Assembly (NCBI GenBank): GCA_016840855.1
Contig: JAEORO010000226.1
Span: forward strand, 1 to 14,012
Source of the DNA: Candidatus Thorarchaeota archaeon
GTDB lineage: Archaea; Asgardarchaeota; Thorarchaeia; Thorarchaeales; Thorarchaeaceae
Length of the DNA: 14,012 bases
Direction: 5' to 3'
In this document: piece after piece, positions 1-6,863 of the stretch
How the letters are laid out: the number at the start of each line of letters is the position of its first letter
Numbering within the stretch: the first letter of the stretch is position 1
Position numbers and translations under genes: made by a program
Notes under the pieces: generated by a model
Told to the model about the DNA's origin: nothing
What the model saw: the letters and a program-made list of their open reading frames with translations, nothing else
The model's database searches: none

Positions 1-2
1 AC

Positions 3-2915
3 TCATTCGATATTGGAGTGAATTTTGATCAAGACTTTCCAATTCGTGGATTGGATGATACTCTCGCAGATGTGGAGTATTCATTCGATGGTGGTGCAAA
101 CACAAGCCTAATCGATCAAACAGGTGGCCGCTGGACTGCAACAATTTCTACAGCAGGAAAAACTGATGGCACTTATCTACTCTATGTCTATGCTGAAGGA
201 TATGCACTCGAGAACCAAAGTTTGACAATAACTGTAAACCTAATTTTCGAAACCCTTCCACTGAATTGGAGCTGGTCAAATACTGATAACATTACGTATA
301 CCAACAGTACTAGTCTCTCTATTTCATATCTAATGCAGGATGGGATAACTAGAATATCTGGAGCAACCGTTACTGTAACAATTGAAGGTGTACCCTACGA
401 TATGACATGGGATTCTCCTTCTGAAACGTATTGGATTGAATTGACTGGTGGAAACTTCTCAGGTGTTGGAACTTTTACATTGAATGTATCAGCTTCGAAA
501 GTGGGATATGAAGGGCAGAATAGAGCAATCAATATCACCATTCGAAGTGAAACAACTGGTTTGTATTTTCAAGTGGATTATAATCCAGATAATCGGACCA
601 TCTCATTCATTGAAACTCTATTCATTCAAGTAACCTACAATTTCAACTCAGTACCTATTGACAGTAACACTGTTGTGAGAGTCTTCTTCAATGGATCTTC
701 TCCAGTATCCCTAATCTACAATGATGGCTCTTTGAAATGGGAAACCACTCTTAGGGGTAGCAACTATCTTGGGGCATGGAATATTATAGTACGAGCAACT
801 GCGGATGGATATGCAACACACGAAAATACGACAGAACTCGTTGTTTATGAAGATACTCCGATTGTTAGCAATTCATGGATAGATTCAGCAGCCACCACGG
901 ATTATGTAACAGCAATGCCGCTTAGTATCACTCTAACGATGAGCAATGGTACGCCCATCAATGACGCAAACATATCCTTCACAGCATTCAGTAGTTATCA
1001 CGAATTATTGAGTGGAGTTGCAGGAGTGTATACTTTCAACATTAACCCCAATGAAACAAGGGGAATCGAGTCATTCACAGTTATAGTTGTAAGAACGGGT
1101 TATGTGACAAACCAGATGACTCTTGAACTTACAGTTGAAGCTACAACATCATTAACATTTAGCCACTCTACATATTCAGAATTCGAAGAGTGGGACATCA
1201 CAATCTCTGCATCATACATGGACACTCACTACAATCAACCAATCACTGAAGCATCCGTAAACATTAGCTTTGGTGGTAGATTCTATGTCCTCCAATACAA
1301 CAATGTCAGTGAACTATATTATGTGACCATCACATTGGACTTAGCTCCAGGCGACTATACAATTAACGCATATGCATCAGCAGAATATGCAGCATACGCT
1401 GAAGACACATCCTCACTCACTATTACAGCAAAAGACACTCTCTATATCACTATTACATTTGCTCCTCCAAGAGTGGTGGCAGGACAATTCATGGAAGTTC
1501 GAGCCACAGTCATGTCCAACTATACTGGTACACTGGTAGCCGTCCAAGGTGAACCGATATATTTCGCGATAACAATCACCTATGCCAATGGAACAATCAT
1601 TCACTATGAAGATGTCACTATGTTCGATACTACGAATAGCGAGGGTGTTGCGACCTACGGATTTGATGTACCTCAAGGGCAGATTGAATCGTTGACAGCA
1701 AAAGCCACATTTATTGGGACAAGAGAGAGGTGGAGTGCTGAAACCACTGAAACCACAGGAGTTGAGGTCAGCATCTTTGCACTTGTGTTCTCGTTTCTCA
1801 CAAGCGAAATAGGACTCATGATTATTTTCTCCATAGCACTTCTTGGCATTGTGGCTACAGGATACAATCGTGGAGTCAAGCCGAGGAAGCGAGCTGCACG
1901 GCGCAACCTTGAGAATCAGCTTCAGATGTTCAAAGACCTTGAAACAGTTCGACACTTCATGGCGGTATATCTGGACCGAGGGACATGCGTGTTCTATCAT
2001 CCCTTCACGGAGGAGAGGATTCAACCAGACCTGATTAGTGGATTCATAGCAGCTATTACTAGTGTGTACGGCGAGATCAAGGGAGATGGTGTTAGAGGGA
2101 CTCTAGAAGAGATTCAGTATCATGGACTTCGCCTCAATAGCTATAGTGGGGAGTACATCATCGGTATCCTCATACTGGAAGGTGAAATGACACCACTTCT
2201 CAGGGAAAGGCTGCAATTCTTTGTGGAGTTGTTTGAGAATCAGTATGACCAAGATCTTGATGGTTGGACTGGTCTCGTAGACTGCTTTGATCCGGAGTGG
2301 GTGGTTTCCACCCTTAACTCGGCATTTAACTATGCTTGGCACCTTCCACACAGATTCGGACCCACACAGAAAGTGAACAAGACTGATACTAAGATTCTGG
2401 ATTACATAAGCGCAGCACGTGATGACAAGAATGAGTTCTACATTAGAAATCTCTTGACTCCTTTGGCTGAAATGCTTGAAAAGACTGAAGCTGAGGTTCT
2501 GGACAGGTTGCTTCTATTTCAAGATAGAGGAATAATAGTGCCAATTGGTGTACAGACCATCCTTCAGCGACAGGGATTGGCTCTTGTGAATGGTTCAGAA
2601 CAACCACTTCAGGAACCTCCAGCAAAGGTGAAAAAAGAGGTAACCAAGAAAGAACCAGTACCGGACAAAACATTACCTGAACCAGTCGAAGAACTTGAGT
2701 TTGAGGAACTGGTAGAAAAGACTGTGGAAGAACCTGTTGAGAAAAAGGTTACTGAACCTGAACCAGAAGTAGACGAAATGGAAGCCTTTGTCCAAGATGT
2801 TGAATCGCTTCTTGTCGAACAGTCAAAAGAGAAAAAGAAGAAAGACGACGAATTGGAAAAATTCGCAGATGAGCTAAGAGATAAGATTGGAGAAGACGAA
2901 GACACCAAAGAATAG
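3..2915 (+). CDS. Large single-pass membrane/surface glycoprotein, 5'-truncated: tandem Ig-like beta-sandwich repeats, TM helix, cytoplasmic longin-like domain, winged-helix-like domain, acidic tail
   Basis: The frame is open from the window edge (tca ttc gat att gga gtg...) and no signal peptide follows the GTG at 18, so the true start is probably upstream. The Thr/Ser/Tyr-rich beta-strand region has a recurring G-x-(Y/F/W)-...-GY motif about every 100 aa and many N-x-S/T sequons. A hydrophobic stretch IFALVFSFLTSEIGLMIIFSIALLGIVATGY (~1773-1865) is followed by basic KPRKRAARR. Then come the longin-like GTCVFYHPF...QPDLISGFIAAITSVYGEI and a Glu/Lys/Pro-rich tail. Stop TAG 2913-2915. Confidence 0.85.
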   Translation, partial: SFDIGVNFDQDFPIRGLDDTLADVEYSFDGGANTSLIDQTGGRWTATISTAGKTDGTYLLYVYAEGYALENQSLTITVNLIFETLPLNWSWSNTDNITYTNSTSLSISYLMQDGITRISGATVTVTIEGVPYDMTWDSPSETYWIELTGGNFSGVGTFTLNVSASKVGYEGQNRAINITIRSETTGLYFQVDYNPDNRTISFIETLFIQVTYNFNSVPIDSNTVVRVFFNGSSPVSLIYNDGSLKWETTLRGSNYLGAWNIIVRATADGYATHENTTELVVYEDTPIVSNSWIDSAATTDYVTAMPLSITLTMSNGTPINDANISFTAFSSYHELLSGVAGVYTFNINPNETRGIESFTVIVVRTGYVTNQMTLELTVEATTSLTFSHSTYSEFEEWDITISASYMDTHYNQPITEASVNISFGGRFYVLQYNNVSELYYVTITLDLAPGDYTINAYASAEYAAYAEDTSSLTITAKDTLYITITFAPPRVVAGQFMEVRATVMSNYTGTLVAVQGEPIYFAITITYANGTIIHYEDVTMFDTTNSEGVATYGFDVPQGQIESLTAKATFIGTRERWSAETTETTGVEVSIFALVFSFLTSEIGLMIIFSIALLGIVATGYNRGVKPRKRAARRNLENQLQMFKDLETVRHFMAVYLDRGTCVFYHPFTEERIQPDLISGFIAAITSVYGEIKGDGVRGTLEEIQYHGLRLNSYSGEYIIGILILEGEMTPLLRERLQFFVELFENQYDQDLDGWTGLVDCFDPEWVVSTLNSAFNYAWHLPHRFGPTQKVNKTDTKILDYISAARDDKNEFYIRNLLTPLAEMLEKTEAEVLDRLLLFQDRGIIVPIGVQTILQRQGLALVNGSEQPLQEPPAKVKKEVTKKEPVPDKTLPEPVEELEFEELVEKTVEEPVEKKVTEPEPEVDEMEAFVQDVESLLVEQSKEKKKKDDELEKFADELRDKIGEDEDTKE

Positions 2916-2991
2916 TTTATGCATCCATCACAGACCTTTAGGCTAAGAATACTTATGTACTCCACATAATTGACTCACACTGTGCATAGAA

Positions 2992-3303
2992 TTGCCTTGG
3001 GATATCATTAGCTATAACATAATCGACAACCGCATTCTTCATGTGGAGATTACAACTCCATTGATTGAGTTCATGTACCTTAAGATTGATGATGTGAAGA
3101 AAGCTTGGGTGGGATTTCTTGGCCAGTTCATAGTAGACCAACCAGGGATAGAAATGTCTTGGGAGATGGAGCCACGAGATGATAATGCTTTGGTCACAAT
3201 TAAAATCGCTAAGACGGGGGATCTCCCACAGTTCAGTAGTGAAGAAGCTAAAGGCGCAATTGATGCAATCGATGCAGTTGATGAGCTCTTTGAACGCTCA
3301 TAA
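2992..3303 (+). CDS. Hypothetical protein (103 aa)
   Basis: The ORF with a TTG start fills the gap between the large membrane protein and the convergent LarA-like gene. Composition is plausible for a globular alpha/beta protein. No recognisable motif; start codon uncertain. Confidence 0.65.
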   Translation: MPWDIISYNIIDNRILHVEITTPLIEFMYLKIDDVKKAWVGFLGQFIVDQPGIEMSWEMEPRDDNALVTIKIAKTGDLPQFSSEEAKGAIDAIDAVDELFERS

Positions 3304-3304
3304 T

Positions 3305-4564
3305 CTAATCAATCACTAACTTGGGTGTTGTTCGTATTCCATCATCTAGAATGGTTACTTTTTTACATGAGGCAAGCATATTTTTTGCAGCTTCGAGTCC
3401 CTCTTGAGGATCTTTTACTGCAGTGCAATGAAATCGTTCCTCAACAAGTGAATCTCGTAATCGGCTACAGATGACTACATTTCTTGTCCTCAAAACATTC
3501 CAGAAGAACCGAGCCTTTTCCATCCCAAATTCATAATTTGTTTCAGCAGCAGCTATGATATCTTCGTCAGTTGAATATTCCGACATGCCATGAAGGAATC
3601 CTTTGGCACCTACATCTCTACTACACTCTGCAACAAGCACAATTGATCCACCATGCTCCGTCACTTCGTAAGCAGAGTACAAACAATCAATCGCATCATA
3701 TAGTGTCAAGTCATTAGGCGAACCACCTGCACTGACAATGGCAATATCTGCATGTCTACTGTAGTCAGCCTTTGCTAAACCCGCAGCTGACTTAACACCA
3801 GACATCCAAGAAGTAAATGAATTGCCAGCCATGATATGAGCTAGATTCCCCTGCCAGTCTGATACAACATTCACAATGAAATCTAAGCCAGCAAGCTGGG
3901 AGATTTCTAACATATCCTTGCAAGATGGCGTTTCCAATTTGAATTGGCCTATCTGTTTTGTAGCTTGAAGCTTTGTATTTCGGTTAATGGTTCTACGTCC
4001 AGAAACGCTTGGTATAACGGACATTCGTCCACCAGTCGCGCCATAGAATACATCAGGCTGAATTTCGCCCAAGCCAATTTTCATGTCAGCACATAGATAG
4101 CCTTCGTTTATTTGGACAGGTGTTGAGTAGGTGGGAGTGTCACCGATATATTTGAGAGATGATTTACTATTGGGATTATGAAGCATGAGTGAATGACCTC
4201 TAGACTCTGGGTTATCCAAGAAATCATCAACCTCTGTCTTCGAAGTCCGTTCGGTTATGGGATAAATGACTATTACATTCTCGGGGTTGGATGCAAATGT
4301 TTCCACACTTTTTAGAAGTGAGTGTAAAAGCGTATTTACAACTGAGCGATGTTGCACTCTATTGACAACAATGGCAATCGAGTCAACTTCTGAAATCATA
4401 TGAGAGAACGGTCGAGAATCCAATGGTGATTCTATCACTCGTAACAGCTCAGAAGCAGTATTAGGATGTGTGGTGACAGTCTGTGGAACAATCTGTTCAA
4501 TGGAGAATCTTTCGCTTAGGTCCAACGGAAGAGACCCCTCTCCATATCGTACATCCACTCTCAT
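3305..4564 (-). CDS. Lactate racemase (LarA/DUF2088) family protein, catalytic and nickel-pincer-binding residues degenerate
   Basis: Typical LarA scaffold and length (419 aa): N-terminal MRVDVRYGEG, GDTPTYSTPVQINEGYLCADMKIGLGEIQP, GATGGRMSVIPSVSG, ADIAIVSAGGSPNDLTLY, GGSIVLVAECSRDVG. The key His/Lys positions are substituted (see findings). Confidence 0.85.
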   Translation of the reverse strand: MRVDVRYGEGSLPLDLSERFSIEQIVPQTVTTHPNTASELLRVIESPLDSRPFSHMISEVDSIAIVVNRVQHRSVVNTLLHSLLKSVETFASNPENVIVIYPITERTSKTEVDDFLDNPESRGHSLMLHNPNSKSSLKYIGDTPTYSTPVQINEGYLCADMKIGLGEIQPDVFYGATGGRMSVIPSVSGRRTINRNTKLQATKQIGQFKLETPSCKDMLEISQLAGLDFIVNVVSDWQGNLAHIMAGNSFTSWMSGVKSAAGLAKADYSRHADIAIVSAGGSPNDLTLYDAIDCLYSAYEVTEHGGSIVLVAECSRDVGAKGFLHGMSEYSTDEDIIAAAETNYEFGMEKARFFWNVLRTRNVVICSRLRDSLVEERFHCTAVKDPQEGLEAAKNMLASCKKVTILDDGIRTTPKLVID

Positions 4565-4675
4565 TTCCGTTCACTCTGTTCTCTTGTAGGTTACTCACCT
4601 CTTAAAGTTACCATCACTCTTTAGGGAATGTTCATATCTAGTAAATGAGGGATTGAATCAATAGGTCAGATCAAA

Positions 4676-5407
4676 ATGAGGACTGCAGATAGATTACTGC
4701 TACTTTCAGTGGTCATCCTCTTGGTCTATCTGATTCTGAGTTTTTTGTTTCCTGATCTGATCAGCCCATTTGGACTAGTCTATAACTGGCTTTTAGATGT
4801 TTCAACCGTACTTGGTTATGCAGGGGCATTTTTCATATCAGCAATCGGAAACGCAACCATACTATTTCCCTTTCCGTACATTGGCGTAGTATTCATACTG
4901 GGGGGTCTAAGAGATGAAATTACTATGAACTTCATTTTCGACCCTTGGGTAATAGGCATAATAGCAGGTATTGGAGCTATGCTTGGCGAGATGACTGGAT
5001 ACCTTATTGGATATGGTGGTGGAAGATTAATTGATGAGAGTCAAACTTGCTCATTCAAGAGGTTCGTTGACTCACACCCCAGAGCTACACCATTGGTTGT
5101 CTGGTTTCTTGCTGCAACACCAATTCCTGATGATATCTTAGTCGTTCCTCTGGGAGCAGCTCGCTATTCTTGGTGGAAGGTAGCTACTTCACAATTGATT
5201 GGTAAAAGCATGTTCCTCATGGGTATAGCATGGACTGGAAGGATAGGTCTTGAGGTTGTGGGAGCAATCATCGGAAGTATAAACCCTGCAGGGATTATGT
5301 CACGTATTGTTGAAGTGGTAAGTCTTCTACTGGTGGTTATAGCAATTTATCTACTTGCGACGATAGACTGGAACTCATTAATGGGAAATAATGCAACTAA
5401 GAATTAA
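4676..5407 (+). CDS. DedA/VTT-domain (SNARE-associated Golgi protein family) membrane protein
   Basis: Multi-TM hydrophobic protein with DedA-family motifs GIGAMLGEMTGYLIGYGG and FLAATPIPDDILVVPLGAARYSWWK...LIGK. Confidence 0.88.
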   Translation: MRTADRLLLLSVVILLVYLILSFLFPDLISPFGLVYNWLLDVSTVLGYAGAFFISAIGNATILFPFPYIGVVFILGGLRDEITMNFIFDPWVIGIIAGIGAMLGEMTGYLIGYGGGRLIDESQTCSFKRFVDSHPRATPLVVWFLAATPIPDDILVVPLGAARYSWWKVATSQLIGKSMFLMGIAWTGRIGLEVVGAIIGSINPAGIMSRIVEVVSLLLVVIAIYLLATIDWNSLMGNNATKN

Positions 5408-5409
5408 GC

Positions 5410-6375
5410 TCACTCTTCTTCATCAGAAGAACGAGAACCCTCAAGGAGTTTCTTCCCAGCTTTTGTCAAAGAAACGAATCCATCCTGTAACATCTTTCCA
5501 ATGGTTGCGACATTAATAGAGCTCAATGATATTGGAATTTTGACCATGCCTATATCATTCATCTCGCTAAGTAATTGCAGATATGCTCCTAGTCGATATA
5601 GTGCAAGGAAGCCAACGCAACCGAAGAATGCTCGTTTGACACCTTCAGTGATACCTTTTTTCGGGTCTTCAAATTCATCAAGAGCTCGCTCAATCTGCAA
5701 GAAAGAACAGCACATTGTTTGAGCGTTTTCATCAGGTTCATCCATGAAGTGTCCGGGAGCTTCCAAAAGAAACGGATCACGAACAAATCCTTCAACTTTC
5801 AATCGAGATTCCTCATCAGGGATAGACCACCAAGATCTAAGATGGTCATCTGACAGAGGTTGTACTTCAAGTCCTTTATCAATCTCAGCGTCTTTGAGTT
5901 CTGCAGGAAGAAACGAGTGCCAACCAGGAATCATCCGAAATGCCGTTTCTGAATGGAGATCAACTCGTCTGGAGCAGTAATGGACCAAGTCATAAATGGC
6001 ATATTTTCTTGACCCATCGAGATATACAAAAATTGGTTCATAGTCAGCTTCATGTTCAGGAACAGCTTGATAGTCCCACACGAAGAAATACTGAAGACAA
6101 ACACCACCACCAAAGCCCTTCTGTTTTACAACTCGACCGAAGATTCCAACAAAATCGGTCTTACGCAGCGCATCACGGGTTGAGTCAGGCATAACAGTAC
6201 TAAGCGTGTCAGCAAGAATCCGATCACCTGTCACAATTCCCTGAGTTCGAGGAAGGTGTGCTTCAAGTAGATTTTTATCGAACTCTGCTGAGAGACCTTT
6301 CTCATGTTCCTCAAACCTTAACTTATGGAGAGGGACTTTGATACCTAATCTATCAGTATACTCTTTAGTTACCAA
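5410..6375 (-). CDS. Hypothetical protein with Vps62/NPP1-like LQYFFVW...HEADYE motif
   Basis: Long ORF (the track starts it at 6438). The TTG at 6375 is preferred as start because it follows an AGAGGT SD-like element. Contains LQYFFVWDYQAVPEHEADYEPIFVY, DLVHY and PGWHSF, and ends in ...GFVSLTKAGKKLL. Confidence 0.7.
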   Translation of the reverse strand: MVTKEYTDRLGIKVPLHKLRFEEHEKGLSAEFDKNLLEAHLPRTQGIVTGDRILADTLSTVMPDSTRDALRKTDFVGIFGRVVKQKGFGGGVCLQYFFVWDYQAVPEHEADYEPIFVYLDGSRKYAIYDLVHYCSRRVDLHSETAFRMIPGWHSFLPAELKDAEIDKGLEVQPLSDDHLRSWWSIPDEESRLKVEGFVRDPFLLEAPGHFMDEPDENAQTMCCSFLQIERALDEFEDPKKGITEGVKRAFFGCVGFLALYRLGAYLQLLSEMNDIGMVKIPISLSSINVATIGKMLQDGFVSLTKAGKKLLEGSRSSDEEE

Positions 6376-6473
6376 CCTGCATTGACCTCTTCTCTGAGTG
6401 ACGTGAAGCACATTATAGAGATTATGCAATAGAGACAAAAGTGGAGTCTTGTGCTACAAGACCCCTAAAAATC

Positions 6474-6863
6474 TCATGCAGGTTTGAATGCCAAGTAAGT
6501 CTTACCTGACTTACCTTTCTCATAGTCCAGCTTGAGAGGAATTCCGATCTTCACTTCTTGAGGTTTTAGCGGATCAAACCCAAGAAGTCTTGCACTGATT
6601 CGAGTCCCTTCTTCAAGCTCAACTATAGCCACGTAATATGGTGCTTCTTCTGCAAACTCATCAGGAGCTATATGAATTACTGTGAAAGAAATGAGTTTTC
6701 CATTACCACTGACTTTGGCCCAGTCCATGTTACTGCTTCCACACCCATAGCAACTACCCGATGGAGGAGCAATGATCATCCCACAGTCCACGCACTTATA
6801 TGCCTTGAACATACGCTCCTGTATGTTCTTCAAATATTCCTCTACTGTTGGTCTTTCACTCAT
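6474..6863 (-). CDS. DUF35-family Zn-ribbon/OB-fold protein (thiolase partner)
   Basis: CVDC...PP...CYGC zinc ribbon followed by the OB-fold motifs GKLISFTVIH and PYYVAIVELEEG. The ATG at 6863 overlaps the thiolase stop (ATGA), indicating translational coupling. Confidence 0.93.
   Translation of the reverse strand: MSERPTVEEYLKNIQERMFKAYKCVDCGMIIAPPSGSCYGCGSSNMDWAKVSGNGKLISFTVIHIAPDEFAEEAPYYVAIVELEEGTRISARLLGFDPLKPQEVKIGIPLKLDYEKGKSGKTYLAFKPA

Noticed and set aside
18-20. GTG at 18 as the start of the large membrane protein
   Set aside because: The frame is open to the window edge, no signal peptide follows, and the sequence begins mid-repeat. The gene almost certainly starts upstream.
1413-2965. 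Antisense and alternate-frame ORFs inside the large gene (1413-2024, 1673-1906, 1843-2034, 2103-2351, 2443-2673, Ser-rich 2609-2965)
   Set aside because: They overlap a well-supported CDS and have no motifs. The Ser/Phe-rich ORF is simply the reverse complement of GAA/AAA-rich codons.
3305-4564. Calling the LarA-like gene either a functional lactate racemase (larA) or a pseudogene
   Set aside because: The catalytic residues appear absent, so the larA symbol is unsupported. The ORF is full length with no stop or frameshift, so pseudogene is also unsupported.
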